This document shows, piece by piece, positions 11,300-25,140 of a stretch of DNA of 64,000 nt (positions within the stretch are counted from its first letter, which is position 1; every line of letters starts with the position of its first letter). Source of the stretch: Gnetum montanum. Lineage: Eukaryota > Plantae > Gnetophyta. The notes beneath the pieces were generated by a model that made no database searches, had not been told where the DNA came from, and saw only the letters and a list, made by a program, of their open reading frames with translations. A program made the translations under genes and the position numbers. The DNA lies in NCBI GenBank assembly GCA_015680685.1, contig MNCI01001903.1, positions 415,148 to 479,147 on the forward strand, read 5' to 3'.

Positions 11300-12300
11300 T
11301 TAAGTGCATATGCCCTAGTTTCTTATAGATGTATCATGACTAGATAACATCCCTTAGGATGTTCATACTGGCACATGATGTAACCTTCATCATCCATGGA
11401 TCTCGTGTCTGAGTACCTAGCTACTAAAGAAACTTTGCCCTTTTGTCCAAATTCCTTTTTCTTCTTTTTGTCTCTACCTCTATTAAGCACTTGTTCTAAT
11501 TTCTCCTCCATAATCTTTAATACTGTTGTACATCATTCATCTACTGAATTCCACATTTTTGCTACCTATGCTACTACATCGACAATAGATTTGTGAATTG
11601 GTAGCATTTCTTTCCTGATGACTTGTTTGAAGGTTTCTTCCTCTTGGGTATCATATACTTGTGCCTCTCTTTTTTAAATTAATGGATCCTTGTTGTATTC
11701 TTCAACTAATTCCATTTTTTTAGTTCTCCTTCTTCTTTTGCCACTTGATCAATTAGTCTTTGGATCCAATGGATGGTTAATTCTAATAATCTTGCTTGGG
11801 CATAAACCCCAAGGGTCCCTCTTATTTGGCTTCTTAGCCCATCTATGATGTGCCTCAACTATTCCTTTGATGAAAATTCATGGCCTGGGCATCTATGTAA
11901 TAGTGAATAATATTTTTCCATTGCTGAATTAAGGGTCTCATGAGTCCCTTGTTTCCAATTCTAGATTTTTCTCTTTAGGTTCGACATTTCTGAATATGTC
12001 TAATATTTATCATTAAAAATTTTAAGCATGGTACTCTAGCATCTAATGGGTTCAGGTTCTAGTGACCTATACCACCTTTTTGCCTCCTTCGCAAGTGTTC
12101 TAGGAAATAGCTTCAATTTCTACCAATCATTTTCTATGTTTTGAAGGGCACAAGCATCGTGGAATACTTGAAGGTGGTGTTGAGGATCAGCATTGTAACC
12201 TCCTTCAAATTTGAGCATGTTATTTATATCTAGCTATTTATTTTAATTATCTCTCACATTCCTAGTTGGTATGTAGACTACTTCCTAAATGTTGATCATG
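11300..12300 (-). pseudogene. gag: gag remnant (retrotransposon gag domain), family D
   Basis: KFEGGYNADPQHHLQVFHDAC...LKLFPRTLAKEAKRWYRSLEP; homologous gag at ~36560-36300 and ~23150-22950. Confidence 0.8.
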
Positions 12301-12891
12301 TTCTAGGTTGCCATAAGGGGTTCATCATCATGATCAAGTTCATAAGATCTATGGTAGTGGTGATCCCTTCTATGGTCATGCCTCTCTTTATCCTCTCTTC
12401 TCTTTCTATGTCTCCTTCTTTCATACTTCATCTTCTAAATTAGAATACCTGGAGCATCGGTCAGCTCTTCTCTTTTCCCTATTCAAATCTCAACACTTGT
12501 GCTATCTCTTGTCATAGTTCTCTGATGATCATCATGAAGTAGAGGAGGTAGAAGGAAAATAATGTTAACTAGTTCTCCTTTCATAACTCTTATGAGTTTC
12601 CTTATAAGACTTAGTAGGATCCCTTAGCCTAGAGTCCTCCTTGTATCTTGAGTTAGTAGCCTCCCCCTTGTGTGGCTCTATCAGGGTGGAGTGAAGTTAA
12701 GCTTTGACAAGTTCTTCTAGTTTGATGATAGGTGTCTTTGATGGCTCCTCATGGTTCTAGTGGAGTTATTTTGAAATGAATTGATCAACATCAAGCTATT
12801 CTATGATAATAGATGTGTTGGCTTACTTCCCTTTGGTATGATCATGCTTGATTTCCATAGCAACATCTTTATTTATCTAGTTCCATGTAGG

Positions 12892-14726
12892 TGTTGATGC
12901 ATAAATTTTGGATGCACCAACACTTAGAAAAACTTGTTTAAGGAGACTATCGTCTAGGGCACCTCCTGTATGGGTACTAAAACCTGAGAATAGTCTCAGC
13001 TAGAGAGGGCTATGTAACATTTTTAAAAATAATAGATCAAACTAGAAAATTGGGAGAATTTAATTTGAACAATTGTCTTGAATTTTAATGAAAATACAGT
13101 AACTAATAAATTTTATAAACTTTTACCTGGTCTTCTACTACTGCCGCCGGTGTAGCTGCCAAAATGTGCTCTCTACTAGGCAAGAAAATCCTGATCGCCG
13201 TTGGAACATGTTGTCTTGTGCTCGTCCTATGTTGTTAGTGATGGAGAGGGATAGGGAGAGAGAGTGTTGGTCGATTGCTCTTGCTAATGCATCTTTGACA
13301 CACAACAATAGATGTTGCCAGTGTAACTACTATCATCGTGCCCTATGTTACCATCAGGAGAGCCTGCTGCTAGGAGAGCCTTCCACCGATGGGAACCTTT
13401 CACGCTTGTCACTATTAATGTCCATGCTTGCTACTACTTTTTTCTACGCAAGGAGGCTACTTAGACTAGCTACATGGTGTTGTTGTCATGTGTAGTGTGC
13501 AACTTAGAGCAGTCACTACTATTTTGCCACATGCATTGCCTCACCCCACACATCATTAGCTTGATGCTCTGATGCCACCAAAGAAAGAGATGCCACTGTT
13601 AGTTCATCTTGCTGGTTGCCTTTGACATGTGGAAGTTTGCAAACATTTCTACCACTATATACAGGTCTACTACTATCTACATGCCTAGTACAGTCTACGA
13701 CGTTGCACTGCTAAAGCTAATGGGCCACCACATTCGCCCCATTGTGATTGCCACATGCTCACCTACAACCACCTGCTCATCGACTTAGGCACATTGTCGA
13801 AGGAAGTAAGAAGTTGAGATCTGTCCCTACCAAAGAGGGGAGGTTGCCTGATGATACTTTCCACAAACATTACATAAATGCATAACTGGCCACTGTCTCA
13901 CCACTCATGCACTACGTCGCCTATTGTCACTCCTGATCATGCACTGTGCCATGTGCTGACGTTGTCAATCACCTACTACCTCTATTGATTCATCACTATT
14001 GATGTTGTCAAAGAGAGAGAAAGAGAGAGGGAGATGCAGTGTGTGTCCATCAACTTAAATGTGCTCCACCAAGCCCTGACTTCTGTCCCACCTCTTCCAA
14101 TGCCCAACACATTCCACCTTTGCTATTTTAATAGTGGTTGTAGCTTGGTGGCATTGAATGCCCATGTCCACACCTATAGCCATTACCATGTCGTCCACCT
14201 CCTTTGGCCATTATGTCCACCACCCAGGCCATTATGTCCACATCTACCACTACGTCTACCACTTGCTCGTGCATACTACCTTGTAACGTCCACCATCAGT
14301 ACAACAATTCATCTCCCCTATGCATTAGTCTACACTTTCACAACTCTCAATTTAAAGAATATTTTATGTTTGTAGAAAAGCCCATATCATCATCTAAGTT
14401 GTATTTTGTGCTATGCTAAAAGTTAGAAAACTTGAAAGATAGCCTTGGAAACACCAAAGGGAAAGCTGTTGTGGACCACCATTCCATGCATAGGTTGACC
14501 ATGGTTAACTAATCATGAAACTAATTATTTAATAAATGAGTTTTATTTTGTGAGTTCATATTTCCTTAAAAAATTTTATTTTGAAAATAAGAGTTAACAT
14601 GATATTGTTGAAGAATAAATGCCTATTGGTAAAGATAACATATTTATAGGACTTTTTAACTTTCATAGTATTTGAACTTATTTAAACATGGCCCCATGCC
14701 TAACATGGGTGATGTTGGCATCAACA
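12892..14726 (-). repeat. Family C 3' LTR
   Basis: Direct repeat of 19165-20977. Confidence 0.92.
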
Positions 14727-16094
14727 GTTAACTCCCAAACTAAAAATTACATGCAAGTGTAAGGAACAACAAAACTACAAAAATTTTAAAAGGAGATGAA
14801 AAAGATAGAGAATTGAAAAGATCATAAAACAAATAAATTTAAATTTAAAAATAAACTATACTGATCTAAACATGATTAAAAATAACCATATAATCAAGAG
14901 AGAACTAAACATGGACCACCCTTACCACACCATCTTATTTAATCAAGACCACAATATGTACTCTTTATAAATCATAACTTTAACTACATAGATACATATA
15001 TATAATTAAAGTATATAACTAAGACCACATTCCCAATATTCTCACAAGGTATAAGTCAAAAGTATGTGGACTACTTTTGAGCATGAGACATATGCCAAAC
15101 TTAATGAAGAGGACAAGCTTATCTTAGATCATAGTAGCCACAACTTTTGGATTTTTTCTTAGGACTCTTTTCTTTTCTTTTCTTTTTCCTTTTTGACATT
15201 TAGAAAGGAAATGGATGAAAAAGGATTACTTGCTTTTCTTCTTGTTTTCTTCAATTTTAGAAAAATAAGTTGAAAAAAGAAAATGGAGGCTAGGGTGAGG
15301 ATTGCTAATGGACCCCATCACACTCAAGAACTTATTACACTGCCAATGAACATGGACCTCATTCTTTTTATTTTGTTTCTTTTTTTTTTAACAAAACCTT
15401 GCTCATGGTATACTTCATTTCTAAGGTAGGAATTCCAACATGAGTCTGGACAATGAGCTGCATTGCCAAAAAACATAGTCCTTTCAAAAAATTGCCCATG
15501 GTGTAGTTCAATCTTTTTGTATGTGCCTTTTAATTATGGCATCATAGCAAGTCTCCTGGGTGGCTAAGGGTTCTCAAGTGGAGATTAACACACTTCACCC
15601 TATCGATCATAAGGTAGCCATGGATCATCACACTTGAGGGTTGGGGCTTATGAGAGAGAAAAAGGCATTTTCCAAGGTCACCTAGTGATTATGGCTAACC
15701 ATTCTCCAACATAACATATCCTACACTCACATGATCATGATGATTACATAGTAAGTAGCATAAATCCCATCCTCCATAATCCAACATAACAAATAAAACT
15801 AAAACCTTGAATAAGAATGGGAAGAATTGTAACATTATTAAAATATTTAATATAAAGGAGATTTTAAGTAATAGTAATATGATATATTATATAAAGCATT
15901 ATGCTTACATTATTCTTCAATGGTGTTATGATGACCCAATGCCAATTAACCATAATGATTATTAAAATCATATGAAAAGCACAAATTAGACCAAAACCAA
16001 TATGCTAAGAAAGAGATTATGAAAATGTAAAGGAAATATGCAAATGCAACTATATACAAATGAAATGCATGGTGAAAGAAAAGAAAACATGTAA

Positions 16095-18950
16095 CTAAGG
16101 ATCTACCAGGTGTCCACGTGGGGCATCTAAGTAGAAAGTCTTTAGATGAAATGCATTAAAATTTCTAGATAATTTATATCCTTGCAAATTAGTAATTTTG
16201 TGAACATTGGGGTTAGTGACATCTATAACTTGGAACGAGCCTGACCACATAGGAGAAAACTTAGTTTGAGAATTGGTTTGACTAGATGCTATATCTTTTT
16301 TTAGGACTAGATCTCCTATTTTAAAGACTTTACCTGCATGTTTCTTGTCAACCATCGTTTAACAATCTTTCGATGATTAAGATTATGAAAATCAATACAT
16401 GATCGTAATTCACTTGTTTTTTTTTTATAAGGCACTAAATTTGATGTCCAACTTGAATGTTTTATAAGATGAATAATCTTAGATTCTAAAATTTCATCAA
16501 TTTTTTCTTTCATCCAAGTTTCAATCTTAGGTCTAATAGGTCCATGTTTTTGTAAGTCATTGATTACAGCTTCTTTAGGAACATGTTCAATGGATATGTT
16601 GTCAAAATTTGGCACACCTTCTAATTTTTTAATGGTTGGAATCTCATTTATATCTTTGTCCTCCCCTAAATGTGGCGGGTCACTCAAATCAAATCCATCG
16701 TGTTGATGATAAGGCAAGGTATCTTCATAGATTTCTTCACCTTCTCTAAAATATTGATAAGGTTGGGTGGAATCTGTATGAGAAAAAGGATTTAGTTTTT
16801 TAATTTTACTCACATGGTCATTTATAGCATGTTTGTCATGCTCAACCTCAATAACTCCAATATAAAGATTAGTGTTTTGATTTTCCAAAGATTGATTTTA
16901 TTCATCAAAGCTTGTAACTACTTTTTTATAGAAAGGATCTCTTGGTATACCCATATATTTAGATTTCCCTTTCATGGGAATTAATAATTCTAAGAAAAAT
17001 TACCTAAAGAAAGCCCCAAACTTGGCTCCAAAATTCCTATATAAGAGCACACCATAAGTGGGTGACATATTAACTACTAAGATATTTGTATAACATGTAA
17101 ATGTAGGGTATTTTTTAAGTGGTACTTTCACTCCTTTTAATGACCCTACTATAGGTATGTTAGACCCATCAAGTTGTATCACACTTCTTGTTTGTGGTAG
17201 CATTCATGCTCCTAAGGTTTTACATACCTCAAGTGTCATGACACTAATAGTTGCTTCAAAATCCATCAAATAATTATGAATGCTCTTTCATAAGATAATC
17301 AAAGTTGTTAGGAAAGGAGGTTACTCTTTTATGCTCATCATGGAATTATTTGTGTTTTGTATTAATAACACATTAGAACTTTCTGCGAAGTGAACTTGCC
17401 TTTCAGGGGTTGGGGATTCTACTTTTTTAGTTTCATGTGTATGAACTATCTTTTGAATCACATCTTTCATTTCACTAAAGTGTAAAAGATCATACATTAA
17501 AATGTTAGCTTTAACTCTTTTCAAATCCTCAACTAGATCATAAGTCTTATGTTCATCTTTGGCTTCCTATTGAGGTGGATTTCTTCTAGGTATGGAAGGG
17601 GAATTTGGTCATTGTGGGGCATTTGCATGGGATAGCCTAGTTTTTTTATTTGTGTTGTTTTGACTAAGAACTCTTCTATTTGGAGGAGTATAAGGATTAT
17701 TCCTAGTTTGCTGTTGTGTGGTGTTCATAATGTCGCTAAGTCTCTAATAACGAGTGCTATGTGGGTTGGGATCACTTACCATGACTTGTTCAAATGAAGG
17801 AACTTCCTCATTCTCGGTTTCATGGGGTATGTTCAAGGTCATAATTGGGGATTTCCCATTTTGTTAACTTTGGACATTGTCACCATATAATGCTAAAAAT
17901 TGAGGACAAGTCTTCTCAACATGTTGCCTAGTGTTATGAAGATGACAATAATCATCATTGACTAATGTACTTGGCTTTTCAAATTGTATAGGAAGCTTGT
18001 TGTTATTTTGCTTTAATTCAACTACTTCATTTGAAAGTTTTTAAAATGAAGTTAATATCTAGGTCATCTAATTTTGAGTTTGAGTTGCAGGGTTGACAGG
18101 ATTGGATATCCCATTTGGGTTTATGATTTATTGGATTAAGGCTTTCGATTGGTTGTCATTCAAACTAGTGTTGGATGGTAGAAATGAAAAAGATGTGAGA
18201 CCTTGAAAACAACTATCTATATGTTGAGTCATTTGAAGGGAACTAGAATTTTTAAACATAGTATTGATCCTTGGGAAAGTTGGTAATGATAGAGGACTAG
18301 ATTACATAAGGTTACTAACTCTCATCATCCCAAATTGGGTTTGAATGTTATTCATGAGGGTAATTTTTTCTAACTTGATGGCTTTAGCCATTGCTCCCTA
18401 TATTTTTGTTATTCTGGGATCAAATTTGATGGCATAGGCAAAGAGTGGGTCAATGATGAACAAGTAAAAATTAAGGATGCCACCAGGATGTTGACACATC
18501 TCACTTGGTACATAAGCAAGTTGATGAAGGAATCTTAGGTTGTAGTCACGAACATTTTTCCCTGGTATTTTTCTTCAACTTGTAAAATTTCTTGATGCTA
18601 TGGTCAGGCTAGTAAACTTGTCAAACTGAAGCAAAAAATTATTTTTTAATCCTTGCCATGAGTCGATGGAGGCATCAGGGAGCATCAAAAATCATTGGGT
18701 GGCTTTGCTCCTAAAAGTTGTCACAAATACCCTACATGCTATGTTGTTTTGAAAAATGTTATGGATCCCTAGTAAGGTTTCAAAACATTGTATATGTTAG
18801 CGGGCATGACTAGTAGGGATTGTAGGATCAAAGAACAAGTTTATGTTTTGGAGTGATTTTGGGATATAATGATAGTTAGTGAAGTTAAAGGGGTTGCTCA
18901 CCAAGGGAGCTAAGGGTTGATTGCCTATCCTCCTAGTTCTAGTTGTCCTA
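16095..18950 (-). pseudogene. gag-pol: gag-protease-RT(N-term)::integrase(C-term) remnant of family C
   Basis: gag ACRVFVTTFRSKATQ*F...SIDSWQGLK; protease region VIQLDGSNIPIVGSLKGV; RT start SSWTSNLVPYKKKTSELRSCIDFHNLN runs directly into integrase tail FKIGDLVLKK...KFSPMWSGSFQV. Confidence 0.85.
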
Positions 18951-19164
18951 GGTATGGAACTTGGAAAATGTGAAGCTCATTGTTTTCTTAATGAGACAAG
19001 AGTTTTCAATAGGGAGCACAAGAAAATAAAATTTAGGGAAACAATAGTTTTAAAATAGGAACAAAATAGAATCAGGAATAGGAAAAAAATGATAAGAAAA
19101 ATTGATATTTTAGAAAATGAAAAACAAAGGCTAAAAAATGGTCCTTCTTTTAGTGCCAAGAAGG

Positions 19165-20977
19165 TGTTGATGCATAAAATTTGGACACACCAACACTTGG
19201 AAAAACTTGTTTAAGAAGACTATTTCCTATGGTGCCTCTTGTATGGGTACAAAAACCTACAAATAGTCTCAACTAGAGAGGGCTATGCAACTTTTCCAAA
19301 AATAATAGATCAAACTAGAAAATTGGGAGAATTTAAATTGAATAACCATCTTGAATTTTAATGAAAATATAGTAACTAATAAGTTTTAAAATTTTCCTTG
19401 GTCTCCTATAGCTTCCATCAGTGTAGCTGTCAAAACATGCTCTCTGCTAGGTAGGAAAACCTTGACTGTCACCAAAACATGCTATCTCACACTTGTCCTA
19501 TGTTGTCGGTGATGGAGAGGGATAGGGGGAGAGAGTGTCAATCTGTCACTCTTGCTAATGTGTGTTTAATGCACAATAGTAGCTACCTTTGGTGTAGCTG
19601 CTACTATCACATCCCATGTCACTGCTAGGAGAGCCTATCATTGGGAGAGCTCATCGCCAATAGGAACCTTTGACATGCACCACTGTTAATTCTTGCAATT
19701 GCTACTACTATTTGTTGGGGAAGGGAAGCCTCTTAGACCAACTACACACTGTCATTTTCACATGCAACGTGTGGCTCGGAGTAGCCATTGCTATTCTACC
19801 ATGTGCACTACCTCACCCCACGCATATGCCACTATTATTCCTTCTACCACATATTGTTGTAATACCACTAGTCACCTCTGATGTGCAGCATTTTTTGGAC
19901 ACTTCTACCATTATTTACACATTTGCTACTATCTGCACACCTGGTATAGTTTGTAATGTCACACTACTGGAGCTAATGGGCCACCACATGTGCCTCCTGC
20001 GATTACCACATGCTCACCTATAATCGCTTGTCCCTCAACTTAGGCATGCTATCAGAGGGAGAAAGGAGATAAGATCTACCCTTACTAAAGAGTGGAGGTT
20101 GCCCAATGATACTATTGATGCATGTTATGTGCACGTGTGCCCGACCATTGTCTTGCCACTTGTGCATCTCATTGTCTATTGATGTCGTTGATCGTGCACT
20201 CTGCCATGTGCTAACATTTCTGGTCACCTGTTGCCTCTATTGATGCACCACTATTGACATCGTTAGAGAGAGAGGGGGGGAGAGAGTGTGTATGTGCCTA
20301 TTATCTCAGACATGCTCCACTTGGCCCTAACTTCCATCTCCCCACTTCCGATGCCTAGCATGTCCTAGCTTTGCTATTTTAATAGTGGCTACAACTTGGT
20401 GGCATTAAATTCCCACATCCATACCTATTATCATTACCCTGTCATCCACCTACTTAGGTCGTTACATCCACCACCCAAGTCGTCACGTCCACATCTACCA
20501 CTACATCCACCACTTACCCATGCATACTACCTTGTAACGTCCACCACCATCACAATGATTCATCTCCTCTGTGCATCGGTCTACACTTTCACAACTCTCA
20601 TTTTAAAGCATATTTTATGTTGACAAGAAAGCCCATATCATCATCTAAGTTGTATTTTGTGTTGTGCTGAAATTTAGAAAAGGTGAAAGGTAGCCTTGTA
20701 AACACTAGAGGAAAAGTCATTGTGGACCACCATTTCATGGATAGGTTGATCATGGTCAACTAATCATGAAATTAATTATTTAATAAATGATTTTTATTAT
20801 GTGAGTTCATATTTCTTAAAAAAAATTTATTTCGAAAATCAACATTGACATGATATTATTGAAGAATAAATGCCTATTGGTAAAGATAGTAGACTTATTA
20901 GAATTTTTAATTTTCATGGTATTCAAACTTCTTTAAAAATAGCCCTATGCCTAGCATGGGTGATGTTGGCATCAATA
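19165..20977 (-). repeat. Family C 5' LTR
   Basis: Direct repeat of 12892-14726. Confidence 0.92.
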
Positions 20978-21936
20978 GTAGGTTCGTAGGGTCTGGTCAT
21001 GTTTTGAGTCACATGATACCCTTCTTGAATCTAATCTAAGTGCATTCCTCATAAAGCAGTTTGTAGCATGGTTGGTGTTGCACATTTGGGAGGTAAAACT
21101 ATGTTTCCTTGCATATCTATCCACCTCATTTTTTTATCCTAATGGAATACGAAGGTGAAGTCTGGATGATATGGATCAGTTTTATAGCCTTCCACAAATT
21201 TAGGGATGTTATTCATAACAAGCCTTTTGATGCAACTTTCCTATGATGCCTATGGGGTATTCTAACTACCTCCATTATCTTCATCATGATCCTAATATCC
21301 ACCAAGGGTTCATCATCATCAAACATGTTGTAATGATGATTTCTATTTATATTTATCTAATTATGATGATCTTGTCTATGCTCACTTTGATGATCACATC
21401 TATTTCTATCTCTATCTTCGTCTTGACCCCTTGGTGTATCTCTATCTCAATACCTACATTCATCTTCATCAAAACTAGACGAGGAAAAGGAAGATGAATA
21501 TGAGGAACTGGGAGAATCACCATGGCTCCTATATTTTCCTTTTTGGTTCCTTAATGTATCTCTTCTAGGTTTGGAATAAAACCTAGGCCTTGAGACCCTC
21601 CTCATTCTAGCATGTGTTCCATCTTCTCTACGATTGTCTACATTAGTTGAATGTAGTCTTTGAGTGTAGTAAGGGTCTAAATGAGCATAGGAAACCCCTA
21701 CTTGTCATTTTTCACTCCAATTCTCTTTAATATATATCCTATCATTTCTCCTACGAGTGTTATCATCATATGATGCATTATTCATCCTATGTAAAGAAGA
21801 CATGGTTTTATTTGATAATATGTGTGACTTATAATATTAATGTTTCCTAAAAGATAAATCATTAATAATTGTACAGTGATTGTTTATGATATAACTAATA
21901 TTAGATAACTAGCACCATCCCCAAAAATAGTGCCAA

Positions 21937-22830
21937 TGATGAGCAGTGGAGTATCCAACACCCAACCATACAAGATACGTGTTCATGTGCAATCCTAGTC
22001 GAACTCCTTAGATAAGCCAATGTGAATACACAAATAATTAGTTAGCATTCATGATCGTTGTCTTCCCATGTGAGCTAGTAAAATCATTGCATATGGTTTA
22101 ACTCATGGTGAGGTTTATGATATTGATGTTGTATTGGCCATTGTGCTCCTAATAAACATGAAGTAAACATAAAAGTTTCTAAATCTAGGTAACAGTGAAA
22201 CAAATCTAAACTAGCCTATATGATGATTAGTTGGTCCTAATCGTTTGGTCACACCTTGGACTTTGTGCAACTAATACTGGGATTACCAAGCACTACACTA
22301 CTAGATGTACTAAGTGAGTACTACTGGGTTACCAAGTAGTTACACTTATATGCTTGAGATCAGTCGTACTCATTCCTCTTAATGACATTAAAAGTAAATT
22401 GCAAGTAATCGTAAACATTGACTATGAAAATGGTAAATAGTAAACTAATTAAAAATAAAAATAAAACTAAGTATTGCTACAATGACATGCAAAGTAATCT
22501 TGGTCTTTATTTCTGGTCATGCAATGTGTCCAAGCACATCACACTCAAATAAAGACTTTTTTCAATCACTTAACATTACAATACAGGCACACACTGCTAA
22601 GTACTAAATTCAAGAAAACAAACTAAAAGAGTTCTATTACTAAGTTATAAAATCTACTACAGATCCATGCACCCAAGTGTTGCTTATATAGGTTGGCATG
22701 CATCCTATGATATTGTATATATGATAACGTATGGTGAGATATGATAACATATTTATGACATTGTAGATACGATATTCTAACTACAATATCGTTGGTTCAA
22801 AATTTTTTGGATTTATCACTAGGCATCAAT
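21937..22830 (-). repeat. Family D LTR
   Basis: Starts tgatgagc...ccaaccataca, shared with 24294, 37677 and 63402; right end approximate. Confidence 0.7.
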
Positions 22831-22879
22831 GTAACAGTAAATATTATATATCTAAGGATCCCTTAATGGATTCAAGGTT

Positions 22880-25140
22880 CCCTTATCTCTATCCTTGAAT
22901 CTGCTTACTCAGGTTGGATATCTTTTAGTAAGTGTAGTAAGAACTCCAACATTATGCTTCATTGGAAAATGGAATCTAATTCTAAGTATCTATATTAACT
23001 TCTTCTTTCTTGATAAGTGTCATTGGAAAAAACTTGAGCTTATGTCATTTGTTCTTAATGTTTTATAAGGTTCAAGAATCATGGAAGACTTGCAAATGAT
23101 TTTGAAAATCTATATTATAGCCTTCCTCAAATTGAGGAATGTTATTCATGTTTAACACCTTAATGTGGCTCTTCTTCTTATGCCTAGTTGGAATGCAAAT
23201 AGCCTCCCTAATATTAATAATACTTTTGGTAGCCAAAAGGAATTCATCATAGTTCTTTAGTTCATCATAGTCTTCATCATGATCATGACCCCCTCTATGT
23301 TCTCTACCATGCCTATGGCCTCAATATCTTTCTTTTTTTCCATTTAAATTTCTTTCTCTATCTTCATCACTATCTCTACCAAGATATCTATCCTAGTTTC
23401 TTCTTCAATCACTGAGAAGTTGTCAAACTTATCCCCCATTTGTGGCCCCATCTCCCAATCTATATTCATCCTTGTTAAAGCTAGATAATGAGGATGATGA
23501 AGAGAATGAAAAATTAGAAGATCCATGTTGATTTTCTATCCTTTCATGATCCCTCTGATTCTCGCTTCTTTGCCTGCTAGAGGACCTAGGCCTAAAGTTC
23601 CTTTACATGTTGGATCCTATTCCACCTATTCTTTAGTTACTTGTCAAGGCAAAACATAGTCAAGGATTACTAGTTTCATCAATGTTGAAGATAGAAGGCT
23701 ATTAATGATGGGATCTTCTTGTTTGGTAAACAATGTTTTTCTTTTCTAATTCAGCTATCAAGGAAATGTTAATGTGTTTACCATTAGAAAATTCATAGTA
23801 AACATTCATGAAATAATATTGGCTACATTATCCTTTTATGAACTTGTATCATATAGACATTTCATCAAGCACTTTATGCTAACTTACAGTAGCTGCTACC
23901 CCATTCTTAATCAATGTTATGGTGAGCATTGATGGATCTCCCTTATCAAGTAGCAACGTAATTTTTTCTTAGAGGTCCTACCATCTGATTGGTTCATCCT
24001 AGTGGAAGACAAAGGTGAATTCAAAATAGTAGAAATCTAGATAATGATGAATGACTTTCACTTGATAGGATACATTAGCATCATTATTATAATTGATCCT
24101 ATAACTATCCTTTATAGTGTTATTAGTAGATGGGAAATAAACCCTATGAGAAGTAAACATATTTGATCAAAATGTATATTATTATAAATTCTTTTTAATA
24201 TTTCTTGACAGAGAAATCATTAAAAATATTTTTATAATGATGTTATGTAATCTAACTTCCTAAACTATCAGTATCATCATTGTAATGGGCTAATGATGAG
24301 CAATTGAGTACACCCTGCATCCAATCATATGACCCATAGGTATTGCAAGTGATCATTTCATAATCCATGAATGGTTACTATTACAAACACTTAGAAGTTA
24401 TTTGGTGAACCAATGATCATTGTCTTTCCACTTGGACTATTTATGACTCTAATGTATATGGTTTAGCCCATAATGATGTGCATAATTATGATGTCCTGAA
24501 GCATTAAACTAGCTAAATTAAAATTATAGAAATTAATTATTTAATCTAATGAATAATGGAATAAATCCTAATCTAGCCTAAGGATGGTGGGCATCCATTT
24601 CTAATTTTTCATACACATCATAGACTACTATAGCCACCATAGGGATTACAAAGCAATATGCTACTAAGTGTACTATGACTATTGGGCTATCAAAAAATTA
24701 CATGTTACATTCCAAAAAATTTGTACGTATTCCACTAATTCACTATCATGCATGGAAATGTAAACCGTTAAGCTAAGTACATTGGAATATAAGAAACATA
24801 GAAAACTAAATGCTTTGAAAAGTAATATTTATTCTAAGTCATAATGTTGCAATAAATAAGAAATAATCTCAAGCTTATTATTACCTTATAATGTGTTTAG
24901 GTATAAACCACTTGAATAAGATAGATAACTAGTTCGAATCCAAACTATGGGCACTCACTAACTACTACTAAAATTATGAAATAAAACTAATAAGGTCTAG
25001 CTCCAATTATAACTAAAAGATGCATTCAATGTGATAGGTAGGTAATATTTATAGCCAAGACCACCCTTGGATACCTTGCATTAGAACCTACAATATCATA
25101 TCTATGATATCCTACTTGAAACATTTATTTTTTATCAATA
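22880..25140 (-). mobile_element. Family D fragment (LTR 24294-~25140 plus 5' gag)
   Basis: IPQFEEGYNIDFQNHLQVFHD gag motif near 23150-23080; LTR homology from 24294. Confidence 0.65.
23880..24099 (+). repeat. Source of 220-bp near-identical inverted duplication
   Basis: Reverse complement matches 45175-45394 with 3 mismatches. Confidence 0.95.

Larger units (their letters stand above)
12892..20977 (-). mobile_element. Structurally complete Ty3-gypsy (Tat/Ogre/Athila-like) element family C with internally deleted pol
   Basis: Two ~1.8 kb LTRs (tgttgatgc...gcatcaaca/ta), perfect 5-bp TSD gtagg (12887-12891, 20978-20982), PPT-like agtttgggag (rc) next to 14726. Confidence 0.93.
6843..22830 (-). 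mobile_element. Decayed Athila/Tat-like Ty3-gypsy element family D, copy 1 (5' LTR, gag, protease, accessory ORF; interrupted by family C element)
   Basis: LTR from 21937 with adjacent Athila-type PBS remnant (rc tggcactatttttgggga); gag and protease remnants; boundaries approximate. Confidence 0.65.

Noticed and set aside
13166-14419. ORFs inside family C LTRs (also 19670-20623)
   Set aside because: Frames are not conserved between the two LTRs and have low-complexity composition
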